Origin: Octopus vulgaris
Taxonomy: Eukaryota
Assembly: GCA_951406725.2 (NCBI GenBank)
Contig: OX597821.1
Coordinates: 63,798,001 to 63,862,000 of the forward strand
DNA: 64,000 nt
Reading direction: 5' to 3'
Shown piece by piece: positions 1-12,292 of the stretch. Under the pieces are notes generated by a model that did no database searches, was not told where the DNA came from, and worked only from the letters and a program-made list of their open reading frames with translations. Position 1 is the first letter of the stretch. Each line of letters begins with the position of its first letter. A program made the translations under genes and the position numbers.

Positions 1-239
1 TCGATGAAATAAGTACCACTGGGGATGACGTAATCGACTAGCCCCATCTTCCAAAATTCTAGATATTCTGCTTATATTAGACGGGAATCTAACAATCATT
101 TTTTTCGAAATTTGTGCGTTCGAAGTGACGTATTTTGTGTGAAACATTTAACATTTATTAGAATAATTTCAAACAGTCTTAGATATCAAGAGAAAAACAA
201 CGAGCGGTCAGTTGGTCATTGAATTTAAGAAGTAGGATA

Positions 240-560
240 TATGTGGTATAGTGGTTAGGGTTTTGCTCTTATAATAGCAAGGTCGGGGTTTCGATTAGGC
301 GACTGGACGGTGTATTGTTGTCTTGAGTTAAACAATGAGTTGTCACTTGGCCATTGAATTTAAGGAGAAGCAGAACATATGTGGCCCAGGGATTAGGGTA
401 TTGCTCTTATGACAGCAAACCAGGTTTTCGATTACGGGACTGGGCGGTGTATTGTGGTCTTGAGTTAAACACTTCATTTCACATTGCTCCACTCCACTCG
501 ACAATAGATGGGTAACCCTTCGAGGGCCTAGAATCCTGTTCTTACATAATGTTGTTGTGA
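240..560 (+). mobile_element. SINE family C (tRNA-like head), degenerate, with head region duplicated in tandem
   Basis: gtggtatagtggttagggt...gtttcgatt...gtcttgagttaaacacttcatttcacattgctcc matches the copies at 9008-9256 and 12293-12777. Confidence 0.6.
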
Positions 561-717
561 TCTCGTTGATTTATACAGCATGGAAACCAGGTACAAGTTC
601 CTATGAATTCTAGACCACGTGAAAATAAATATTTACTTTACTGAGATGGCTAATTTCAAATACTCCAGAACAAGCCCACAAAAAAGAAAAAAAGCGAATG
701 TATTAAGAAACATGTTA

Positions 718-1142
718 GCGTGACCGTGATTGTAAGAACTTGATTCCCAACAACATGGATCCCGGTTCAGTCCTGCTACGTAGTACCTTGGATAAGTGTC
801 TTTTATTATAGTCTGGGGCCGACCAGAGCCTTGTGTCGGAAACTGAGAGAAGCCCGTCGTATGTGTGTGAGTGTCTGTCTGTATGTATGTATGCACGTAT
901 ATATGCATGTGTGCGTGTGTGATTGAGTAATTGTGAGTTTGTTCCCCACCACCACTCGACAACCAATGTTGGTGTGTTTACGCCCCCGTAACCTAGCAGT
1001 TCAGCAAGAGATTTTCGATATAATAAGTACCAGGCTTTTAAAAAATATAAATAAAGTAGTGGGATCGATTCATTCGACTAAATATTCATCAAGGCGGTGC
1101 CTCAGCATCGCCGCAGCCTCATGACTGAAACAAATGAAAGAT
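718..1142 (+). mobile_element. SINE family A, diverged copy
   Basis: Colinear with 1643-2079: head, aagcccgtcgta, internal (TG)n, then ...atgactgaaacaa tail. Confidence 0.8.
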
Positions 1143-1642
1143 ATATAAGGATAACTTGCCTTCCTAACCATGAAAACGACTGTAATCTCTATAAACATAA
1201 GATGCGTTAGTTAGTTACATCTCCAGAACAATTACCGTCATAATTGAAAAAAACAATATTTTTTTCACTCGGACAACTAAAAACATTTAAAAATTTAGTT
1301 TACATTTCCGACTTCAGCTTTTTTCAGTTCAAAGTTATTGTTAATTTAAATAGTTTACAAATGAGTGTTCAGACATTTCAAACTATATTACAAAGTGTTT
1401 AACTGCTACGTAATTTGTCGCGACTTATAGCAGAGTCAATTAGTCGAAAATGTGCTTATTACAAGCATGTTTTATTTTACTTTATTGATTATTAGTTTAT
1501 TTGTATATTTGTGTATTCTCTTCTATGTTTTATAATTTTCTAGCTTTTATGGAAAGGGAGGGGTTTGATCTTCTACTTCCAAGATCAAATGAATTTAACA
1601 GCCACCTTTGACTGCTGAATTGTAATTTTCTTTTAATATTTA

Positions 1643-1799
1643 GGAGTGGCTGTGTGGTAAGTAGCTTGCTAACCAACCACATGATTCCAGGTTCAGCCTC
1701 TCTGCGTAGCACCTTGGGCAAGTGTCATCTACTATATCCTCGGGCCAACCAAAGCCTTGTGGGTGGATTTGGTAGACGGAAATTGAAAGAAGCCCGTCG

Positions 1800-1868
<69 letters not shown>

Positions 1869-2079
1869 GTGTGTATGTGTTGTGTGTGTGTGTCCCACAT
1901 CGCTTGACAGCGATGCTGGTGTGTTTACGTCCCCATAACCTAGCGGTTCTGCATAAGAGACCGATAGAATAAATACTAGGCTTACAAAGAATAAGTTCTG
2001 GGTTCGATTTGCTCAACTAAACGCGGTGCTCCAGCATGGCTACAGTCAAAATGACTGAAACGAATAAAAGAATAAGAGA
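1643..2079 (+). mobile_element. SINE family A (tRNA-derived head, internal (CA)/(TA)/(TG) microsatellite, gaataaaa tail)
   Basis: ggagtggctgtgtggtaag (A-box-like) and ggttcagcc (B-box-like); at least 12 copies in the window. Confidence 0.9.
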
Positions 2080-2099
2080 ATTTGTGACAAATTTGAACT

Positions 2100-2420
2100 G
2101 GCACGCAGGGTGAAATGCTTAGCGGTATTTTGTCCATCTTTGCTTTCTGAGTTCAAATTCCGGTGAGGTCGACTTTGCCTTTCATCCTTTTGGAGTAGAT
2201 AAATTAAGTACCAGTTGCATCATGTGGTTGAGCTAATCGACTGGCCCCCCCTCCCTCGAAATTTCGGGCCTTTTGCCTAGAGTAGAAACGATATTTGTCA
2301 AATATTAGACGACGAGCTGGCAGAAACGTCAGTGTGCAGAGCAAAATGCTGCGCAGCATTTCTTCGTCTTTACGTTCTGAGTTCAAATTAAACTTTTGTC
2401 CTTTCGAGATCGGTAAAATA
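2100..2420 (+). mobile_element. SINE family B, one near-complete and one partial copy
   Basis: ctgagttcaaattc (B-box) followed by gactttgcctttcatcc...gataaattaagtaccag body shared with 9708-10100 and 54354-54535. Confidence 0.8.
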
Positions 2421-2427
2421 AGCATCT

Positions 2428-2520
2428 TGACTGAGGATAGAAAACTCCGAATGCTCCGTCTTTATTTTCTTTGTATCGTCTGTCTAGATGTTTTGTTGTC
2501 CCTTTTTTGTATATTTTATA
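2428..2520 (+). repeat. Short interspersed repeat (gactgagga...ctccgaatg..ccgtc); related copies at 4755-4895 (-) and 6480-6575 (-)
   Basis: Three recognisably homologous copies, each abutting AT-rich microsatellite. Confidence 0.6.
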
Positions 2521-2616
2521 TAGATAGATAGATTGATTGATATACATATATATATAGACAAACACACACACACGCACACATACACACACACACACACACA
2601 CACATATATATGTATG

Positions 2617-2700
<84 letters not shown>

Positions 2701-4032
2701 TACACATCCATCCACCATCTTACCTTTAGTAATCTTCATTTTTAAAAGCTTCATTGTAATTTTCTGTGTCTCTTCGAACACTTGTGACTATTATATTTTT
2801 ACGTTGTTCTAGTAATAGCTTGAGGTATTTAGACCAATATAATAGTCTGATGAAGTTTTGGACTTAACTTGTTTAAGTTAAATCTTTCATTCAATTTGTT
2901 TAGCAAAGCTTTTGTCATCGGAGGCTGCGGTGTTCGGATGATGCAGCAAGCAAATTTGGTTTGCACTTGGAAACTTTTATTTGTAATATCTTCTTAAACA
3001 CTCAGGTCTTGCTTTACTGTGGCTTTTTGATTTCTGTTTTTGGATATTACTTATGGATCTCAACCACGAACGTCGTATCTATCCTTACGAAGATTATATA
3101 AACTAGCGGAACCCAAGGAGATTCCACGGTGTAAGTCAGCATATTTGAAAACGTTATGTTAATTGGGTGGAGGACGCATTAAGTAATATTTACTTCGTCT
3201 TTGACTTTGATTAAAAATGTATTTTTTTACAAATGTTCACTACCTTACAAAATCAGTAAATGCCCTTTTCTATATGCTTTATAAACGATATAACATATTC
3301 AGAAGATTATTTTATAAAATTACCTCCTTTCTCTTCTAGCATACAAAAGACAAATTTTGTGGATACCTAAATAGCGACGTATGGTACACTGATCAACCAG
3401 GCCACCATTAATTTTATATATGCGTGTGTGTGCGTACTCGGTCAGACTTCATTAAGTTCAAGTTTTCTCATCAACACCATGTATGCTGAACAATTTTTAT
3501 TCCTGTTGATGATGATGCAATACAGTACAAAATGACGACGCAATACTCGCAAATTAATGGTTTTAAACAACAGTAAAAAGTAATGAGAAAACAGTAATTA
3601 CTCACTTTACCCCACACTTTTACGTTAACTACAAACAAATAATTTCAAAGCATTCTTTTGAAATCCAACCATTTAATCAAAACGGTATTTTAAAATAAAA
3701 TTGAAATGTACTTTGAATGAATTATTTATTTACCTTCGTTTAAAATGTTTGACAGATATGATGTGCTTTATATTGTGAGGAAATTAAAGATGAATTAAAA
3801 AGATAAAACGTATTCATATATATTGATTAACTGTTTATTTACATTATTACATCTTAAACTATATTTCATATGATTATATGTACATAGGTAAAACATGAGC
3901 TTACTCACTGAATTGGTTACAAACATTCTATATTATGAGATGGACTAGACAAACTGTATGTAATGTATACATGTACACATTTAAATTTAAAATATGGACT
4001 AAATTAGATATATATGAAACAGTTATTAAATG

Positions 4033-4169
4033 GAATGGTTGTATACTATCAATCTAACACGAACGTGACAGTAGGGGGAGTACACCACCGCTGTTTAGCC
4101 CTACTAAACAGCGGTGGTGTACTCCCCCTACTGTCACGTTCGTGTTAGATTGACAGTATACAACCATTC
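4033..4169. repeat. Near-perfect hairpin: 66-bp arms, 5-nt loop
   Basis: 4033-4098 is the reverse complement of 4104-4169 with 1 mismatch. Confidence 0.95.
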
Positions 4170-4277
4170 TATCGCCCCACCACCGTACATGTCTCTACGA
4201 GAGATTTAGAAATTTAATATTTCTGGGTTATTAAATGTAAACACAAAATATTTGACAAGCTATGTGAACTGAATGGA

Positions 4278-4339
4278 ATATCTATCTATCCATCTTTCTA
4301 TCCATGAAACTATTCTTCTTTCTGTCTATCTATCTATCA

Positions 4340-4377
<38 letters not shown>

Positions 4378-4384
4378 TTATCTG

Positions 4385-4444
<60 letters not shown>

Positions 4445-4485
4445 ACTATCTATCTTTCTATCTATCTATCTATTTACCTATCTCT
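4278..4485. repeat. (TATC)n microsatellite
   Basis: Direct inspection. Confidence 0.95.
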
Positions 4486-4682
4486 CTGTTTGTTTGTTTG
4501 TCTGTCTTGTTTATGCTGATGTACATATCTGCTTACTCTCATAATAATTTAAACCTGAAAACAAAAGGAAAAGATGAATTATGGCAGTGCCCCAGGAGGA
4601 TCAGTCTTTGGTATAGAACACCTAAAATATAAAGGTGTAACATCCACAATTAATTGTGAACTAAGGCTATTTCACTTTAATT

Positions 4683-4720
<38 letters not shown>

Positions 4721-4895
4721 CCAAAGGATAGCATACGTACACCGCTATATTTTTATATGTAAAAAATACAAAAATGGGACAAGAACGCGAAACATCCAGA
4801 CGGTTAGGTGAAAAAAAAGGGAGAACAAAACATCCAGACAGACGATACAAAGAAAAAAAAGGACGGGTCATTCGGAGTTTTCTTTCCTCAGTCGA

Positions 4896-4948
<53 letters not shown>

Positions 4949-4949
4949 G

Positions 4950-5120
4950 AAGGGTGAAATTAATTAATTTGGAATAATTATCAATTACACCAAGTAGTCT
5001 TCGGCATGTAAAAGCCTCATTCGAGGAAAATTTAAGTAATACTAAGCAATAAAGGGTTTGGCCGAATTGCCTTACCACATACCGAATTTAGAAATAGCAG
5101 TCAAAGAGTATTCTATACTA
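4950..5120 (+). repeat. Interspersed repeat, homologous to 15643-15800
   Basis: Shared aattaatt..tcaat..caccaagtag..tcggcatg..taagtaatact..accacataccga..tttagaaatagcag. Confidence 0.7.
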
Positions 5121-5127
5121 AAAAGGG

Positions 5128-5341
5128 AGATCTCAGTAAAAACAGCAATTGGAGCAGACACAAACAGGTAGAGGGAATGAATACGGCAATCTATCATACA
5201 ATTTTAAGTTATATACGGACGTACGTTTCGAAATCAAGTTGATTTCGAAACGTACGTCCGTATAACTTAAAATTGTATGATAGATTGCCGTCAATTCATT
5301 CCCTCTTACCTGTTTGTGTCTGCCTTCCAATACTGAGATCT
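5128..5341. repeat. Imperfect palindrome (~105-bp arms) centred at 5238
   Basis: ...cggacgtacgtttcgaaatcaa-g-ttgatttcgaaacgtacgtccg...; outer ends agatctcagta / tactgagatct. Confidence 0.95.
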
Positions 5342-5345
5342 TACT

Positions 5346-5398
5346 GAGCTTCCTGAAGATTTCTCTTGAATGAAACAGTACTAGTCCTGTAGAAGCTC
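5346..5398 (+). ncRNA. Type I hammerhead ribozyme motif
   Basis: GAGCUUC-CUGAAGA-UUUC[UCUU]GAAU-GAAA-CAG[UACUAGUC]CUG-UA|GAAGCUC: perfect 7-bp stem I, canonical core, GUA site; U-U mismatch at the base of stem II. Confidence 0.8.
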
Positions 5399-5421
5399 CT
5401 TCTATATAATAAAATAAATAA

Positions 5422-5426
5422 ATATC

Positions 5427-5472
<46 letters not shown>

Positions 5473-5493
5473 TATGTATAGATATATATATAT

Positions 5494-5587
<94 letters not shown>

Positions 5588-5638
5588 GTATATATATATA
5601 TATGTATATATGTATATATATATATATATATACGTATA

Positions 5639-5688
<50 letters not shown>

Positions 5689-5706
5689 TGTATATATATA
5701 TGAATA

Positions 5707-5742
<36 letters not shown>
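5422..5742. repeat. (TA)n-rich microsatellite
   Basis: Direct inspection; one of many such tracts (e.g. 14440-14830, 24470-24917, 38999-39190, 46950-47328). Confidence 0.95.
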
Positions 5743-5745
<3 letters not shown>

Positions 5746-5884
5746 TAGAGAAAAACCACTATTATGTAGTTCAAACAATGATAGACGTAAATTATACCAT
5801 ATAGAAAAAATAAAATATATGATAAAACTATTAGCTAGATCGCAATAAAGTACATAATAATAAACAGTATATAGTTAAAAAATA

Positions 5885-5990
5885 GACTACGTATGTTTCG
5901 TGGCTATATCTTCAATTCGAATTACAATTTAATTTCAATTTAATTGATCCAAAAACAATTCAAGTTAAAAGTATAGTTACTCCTCAGATC
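5885..5990 (-). ncRNA. Degenerate type I hammerhead motif with long stem II
   Basis: GAU-CUGAGGA-GUAACUAUA[~63 nt]UAUAGCCAC-GAAA-CAUACG-UA|GUC. Confidence 0.45.
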
Positions 5991-7211
5991 AACAACAACA
6001 ATAATAATAGTTAAATAAATCAATTTTTAATAAATAATCCAACAGAATACAACAATATTTCTTAAGGAAATAAAAATACTTCTTTAAGAAATAAAAACAT
6101 GACTCTTCTTATAGAAGAAATTCTGTTAACTAAATTTTAAATATATATATATATATATATTCATTTTGGGAAATTTGATTTAATACTCAATTGATTTTTT
6201 TCCCTGTAAGTTTGGAGTTATACTCCCTAATGTTATCATTATTATCATATATATGTGTATATATATATATATATATAGTCGTTCAATGCTCGAAATGACT
6301 AGATAGACGGCCGACAACTGATGAAGTTTCGTTCTTTGTGTTACTTGTCCTATTTTCCATTTGTTTCTCTCCTTGTTTGCGTATTGAACTCATTTGTTTT
6401 CGCATTTCATATAGTTTCTTGTTGATGGCATCCTGCACCCATATATGCGTATATATATATATATATATAAATATACGTATAAAAATTATGTATAAAAAAG
6501 GGACAAGAACGTGAAATACACAAAGAGACGAACACAAAAAACGGACGGGTCATTCGAAGCCTTCAATCTTCAGTCAGGAACCGGATCATCATAGCAAATT
6601 TCGGCTGATTAATCCTGATATTGCTCCGAAACGGCCAGCCCCAATGAAAAACTAAGCTGCGAGCATTAGATTTCTTCGAAAAAGGATCTAATGTGAACGA
6701 AACAAGGACAGAAAAACGGACGAAGCCACACGAATATAAATACAAAAAACAAAAACAAAAATAAAAACAAGAATGGTAATAACAGGACAACAGCAGGTGT
6801 CTTACGACTTTAGACAAATTTAACTTATCTAGCAGGCGTGTTTTGAAAAAATGCCTTTTCGGCGGAAGAAGACAATGTTGAACCGGCAGCGGTCACCAAC
6901 GGAATGGCTGGTTATTCAGCAGGTCACATGAGGGTAGAGAGAGAGAGAGAGAGAGAGAGAAGAGAAGGAGATTAAAGAGGGTGGAAGAAACAGAGGGCGC
7001 CAAGGATTGACCAGGTCACGTGAGAGTAGGGAGAGAGAGAGAAAGAAGGAATTAAAGAGGATGGAAGGAAGAGGGCGTAAGAGACAGAGCGCGCCAAATA
7101 TGGCTTGGCCACAGAAGCAATGGCGCAAAGTGAGAAAGACAGAGAAACGTGAGAGAGTGGGGGAAGAGGAGACCAAAGAATCAGAGGCGAGAAAGAGAAA
7201 GACAGAAAGTG

Positions 7212-7258
<47 letters not shown>

Positions 7259-7454
7259 AATATGTATATATACATATGCGTATATATATTATATTATATA
7301 TATCTATATGCATGTATATATTTATGTATATATATATTGTTTATATTATATATATGCATGCATATATATAAATATTATACTATATTATATATATATATGA
7401 TTATTTATTTATTAATGCACAAAGTAATAGATCTGTTTTATTGTGTTAAACATC

Positions 7455-7499
<45 letters not shown>

Positions 7500-8399
7500 T
7501 TTTCTTATGTGTTTCTTCTCTATCTTTTCACTGATTCCACATTCTCAGTTTCTTTCTTTGTTTTCCCTTCTCCTCTGCGCTGTCTGTATACCTATCTCCA
7601 TTCGAGTTATTAGTTCTCTTGGCGTAACGCACGGAGAAAACTGACGGACCATAGGAGCAAAGAAAATAATATGATAAGGTTTTTTTTATATAAATATTCT
7701 CCTGTTTTTTTACTGTCAACGCCTCCTCAAATAACTGGCTTCTCAGTTCCGCACCCTTCTCCAAAATTACAGTAAACAAAGAAAAACAATGAACACACAC
7801 ACACCATATCATATTTAACAGTTGCGATCTTGCTCCGGCGCCGAGTGTAATTATAAACGTGAAGGTTCGAACCATCGCAAAATTCCTTTCGAACGAAACG
7901 ACTCTGAATATGGAAGATTCTTCTTCTGAAAGAAAGCCTACGGAGCAATTTATACATGAGATACGTACAGGCCTGTCACAATCCATGGCTGAAGGATGCA
8001 GAGGAAGAAATGTAAGCAAATCATGGTGACTGTCGGTCCTAAAGCGACACCATGAATAATATACAGACAGACATACAGACACAGATACTCATATCGTTTG
8101 TTTCATTATTTTTAGTATTTCGATAATGGCTTCAATTGCATTCCATAGTTAATGTTGAGTAAGTCCTAACACTCGTGCATATTTAACTATGTTAAAGGTT
8201 TCAATAAGATTTTCGTTATCATTCCATTATTAAGTTGTTTAATCTGGCTCATCCGAACACACTACATCAAGACAAGCAAATTAACATTACAAATATTAGC
8301 ACAATATTTTCTACGATGTTTTATCTGCCTATATATACACGTATAGAAGTGTATGCAGATAAGTCGAAAGATACCTTCACAAAGTGAGGAATCAAGCTC

Positions 8400-8700
8400 A
8401 GTTCAAATCATAGCAAACCGTTTATTTCTAACGAAGACTGGGAGCTTATCAATAGTAAACTTCAGTAGTAAATTTATGATTTGGAATTGAAAATTAAGCC
8501 CTAGACGCTGTTGTCTCCCTGGGTAGTATCCAATATGTTAAGTAGTTTAACGTTTTCCTAATCATTATTCCATGATGGGATTCTAAATTTAAATTTCCTT
8601 GTTCCTTTGCAATAGGGACCCATAGGTACATCATATCTGTTTGCCTAATACCTTGAGATTGTCAAATATTCTGATATAACATCAATGAAACACGACTGAA
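8400..8700 (-). pseudogene. Highly decayed Penelope-like reverse transcriptase relic
   Basis: Broken minus-strand translation gives FDN..RQTD..VPMG and KFTTE..DKLPVL, resembling PLE RT motifs FDN.YY.Q.DGV.MGSP and KFT.E.E....LPFLD. Confidence 0.4.
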
Positions 8701-9007
8701 TTTTGAATATGTTAAAGGTCCGTTGAGTACGTTGAATTCAAGATAACTAAATATTTATTAGATGAAACCATTACATACTTTCCGTTGTTCTTTCTAATTT
8801 TGGCACAAGGGTCGGAATTTCGAGGTGAGGGGATGTCGATTACATCGATCACAGTGTTCAGTGTTCAAATGGTTCAACTTTGAAACGATGAAGAGTAAAG
8901 TTGGCCATAGCGGATTTTAAACTCAGGTCGTTGAAAAACCGAAGTGCCGCTACGCAGTTAGTCCGGCACGAGCCCGTCACCTTTTTTTATATATAAAAAT
9001 TAAATAA

Positions 9008-9256
9008 ATGCGCCCTTTTAAAGGCTAGCCAGGCTCATGGACCCGGTTAACCGGTTTCAAAGGCGTATGCGTTCCCCAGCTGGACGTGATGCCAGTCCAT
9101 CGCAGCGTTACTCATTTTTGCCAGCTGAGTGGACTGGAGCAACGTGAAATGAAGTGTTTTGCTCAAAAACACAACGCGTCGCCCGTTCCAGGAATCGAAA
9201 CCACAATCTTACGATCATGATGCTGACACCCTAACAACTAAGCCACGCGTCTCCAC
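9008..9256 (-). mobile_element. SINE family C, full length, with ~17-bp TSD
   Basis: gtggagacgcgtggcttag...ggtttcgattcc head; flanks cacctttttttatatata (~8978) and caccttttttttacatata (~9254). Confidence 0.85.
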
Positions 9257-9707
9257 CTTTTTTTACATATAGCGATACTGAAAGTTGAGACTATGCAGCA
9301 TATCAACTCTAAAGAAACTGAAACAATGATGAGGTTTTACAATCCTCCCACACACACATACATGCACACACACAAACAGACTCTTAGGACAGCATACCAT
9401 TCGAACATACATCTTGATAAGCAGAATAATGTTATTGGTTATAATTATAAGCGCTGCACAAAATGCTCTGTATCTTTTTCGTCCAGGATCATACGTTCAG
9501 CGCTCAGCTCCCGTTCAGCTCAACTTTGATGGGGATCAAATGTAATCAACTAACTTCTTTCTGCCATTAAAATAGATGGCGTTGTGCCTAAATTACTAAC
9601 ATATATTAGTATTCATATTTAGAGAAATGCACCTAGATTTGCCTTTCTTGGAGGAATTGGGAATGAAATGCATAAAAGAGTAGAAAAGAATAATTTAGCT
9701 TATACCA

Positions 9708-10102
9708 AGGCGGCGAGTTGGCAGAATCGTTAGCACGCCGGGCGGAATGCATACCGGTATTTCGTCTGTCTTTACGTTCTGAGTTCAAATTCCGCCGAGG
9801 TCGACTTTGCCTTTCATCCTTTCGGGGTCGATAAATTATGTACCAGTTACGCACTGGGGTCGATGTAATCGACTTAATCCCTTTGTCTCTCCTTGTTTGT
9901 CCCCTCTGTGTTTAGCCCCTTGTGGGTAGTAAAGAAATAAGTATTTCGTCTGTCTTTACGTTCTGAGTTCAAATTTCGCCGAGGTCAACTTTGCCTTTCA
10001 CCCTTTCGGGGTCGATAAACTAAGTACCAGTTGCATACTGGTGTCAATCTAATCGACTGGCCCTTCCCTAAAAATTTCAGGCTTCGTGCCAAGAGTAGAA
10101 AA
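9708..10102 (+). mobile_element. SINE family B, dimeric form (body repeated)
   Basis: ggcggcgagttggcagaatcgttagc head; gtatttcgtctgtctttacgttctgagttcaaatt occurs twice (~9757 and ~9941). Confidence 0.9.
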
Positions 10103-10660
10103 TAATATTTTAGTATTGAATTGTATCGTTATATAAATAGTTCGTATGCTCGTGTCATAATTCCCATCGAGAATGGGAACAGCTTCATTATCAACTGTCT
10201 AGTGGTCTATCGGTGTTCTTATAGTTTTGTAGTATTTATGCATTGTAGTTCTCTATTATGATTCATAGCTGATTTTTCGTGGATAAAAGTATGCAGAGCG
10301 CCTGAACAATGTTATTTCATCTCCAAGTATATTTTGTGGGGGTTAGTAAGTGACATCTTTACGCGAAATGTGTATCAACATTGTAGATGTAGATGGTACA
10401 TTTGATATGATTGGTGACATGTTCTCTCATTTTATCGCGAACATTATTTTTCCACAGCCACAATCAAGCCTTATTTGTACACCCAGGCAAGAAACCTTCT
10501 ATCATATATATATATGAAGTAGAAAAAAACACCTTTTATCAATTCAATAATGAAAAATTAAATTATACCATTTAGAAAAATAACATCTTATAGAAAGATT
10601 AAATATAATATAAAACATAAATTGAAGTTTTACCTGTAAGTTTGGAATAACATTCCCTCA

Positions 10661-10748
<88 letters not shown>

Positions 10749-11150
10749 GTTGTTGTTGTTGTTGTTGTTATTATTTTTATTATTATATATATACACACAT
10801 ACACACACATATATACATACATATATATATATATATTGTGTCATCCCATAAATAATGCGACTTTTTCAGTTGCATGAAATACAAATCGCAGCGGGATGGG
10901 ACAAATTACCTGCATCTGCTTGCTTTAAAAGCAGGTATTAATTTTACCTTGTTATTATTCTTAGTGCAAGTTTTGAAGAGTGCTGTTCGAATGTAACAAG
11001 CTACTTTTTCAAGCTACGATGGCAGTGACAACGGAGCATATTCGACACATTTTGCTTTATGAGAACAATAAAGGCAACAACGCCACGGAAAGTGCGAGGT
11101 ATATTAAGACTGCATACGGAGATCAGACAATAAGCGTAAGCTAGTGTCAG

Positions 11151-11214
<64 letters not shown>

Positions 11215-11939
11215 TGATAGATTGATCTATTTCGCAAGTATATAAACCGTGTGCAGATTTTCGTCTGTTGCTGTCGACCCCCATTTGACAAAAGTGTCAA
11301 TGTCACGTCTGTTTAGCTGTTCGATGTCTAAGCCAATTTCTTATGAGAATTACTTGGCGCAAAGAATATAATCATTTGCTACTTTCATTATCAACCAGGA
11401 CATGAAGCAGGCTCTCTTGTGCATTTGATGGAAATTCAAGAGACAACATTGTTGACTATTATCTTATATTCCCCTCTGGAATTCAATATTTTGAGGCAAC
11501 ATCCATACTTGAGATATATAAAACTGTGTGTTTGATTTACTGTTTGTCATTTTATTCCTGTTTCGACTAAACTGCCGGATATCGTTATACACCGCTCGTC
11601 ACAACGCGTTTCCTCGCATTGTTGTAGCTTTCGAATGATGCCATTCCGCTGGTTAGGTGATCATGCAAATATGGTTCCTGTACGGAATGCGATTCCGCCG
11701 AAGTATCACCCATTTAAAGCTGACTGAACTGGTGCAACATGAAATAAATTGTTTTAGAGAAGAATACACTGCATCGTCAGTCTGGGGAGCGAAAGTACGA
11801 CCTTAAAATCGGTAGTGGACATCCAAGCCACTTGGTCACGCGCTTTCAGATTGTATGGTATAGGGTGTCTTATATCTAAATATATTTTGTTATATCATAA
11901 TCTGGGGAATCTAATGTTCCCAAGCCCTAGTCAAATATG

Positions 11940-12247
11940 CTGAGACCCTCTTCGGTCATGACCGACCATAGGATTGCACCTAGAAAGTTACCCTCCCAGG
12001 CACAAGTCCGGGCAAGGTTGCTTATGGAAGATAGCAGTCACCCATGCATACCGCCCTCCCCTCCCCACGCCACCAGTGTTATTCAAGGGAAAGGCAAAGG
12101 GGTCGGTACAGCTTGGCACCTGTTACCTCACAACGTGAAATAAAGTGTCTTGTTCAAGAACACAACACGCAGCCTGGTCCGGGATTCGAATTCCCAACCT
12201 CACGATCGTAAGCTCGACGCTCTAACCACTGAGCCATGCGCCTTCAC
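11940..12247 (-). mobile_element. SINE C-type head with alternative tail (same family as 20808-21143), internally deleted
   Basis: Reverse complement aligns to 20808-21143. Confidence 0.85.
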
Positions 12248-12292
12248 AGTCAAATATAATAGGTTTAAATTAACCGAAATTTAAGAACATGT

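Noticed and set aside
2428-2460. CTGAGGA...CGAAT motif family (also 4860-4893 and 6545-6575) as hammerheads
   Set aside because: GAAT instead of GAAA and no convincing stems I/III
2780-3080. Possible Penelope ORF N-terminal relic on the minus strand
   Set aside because: Resemblance is too vague to support without a search
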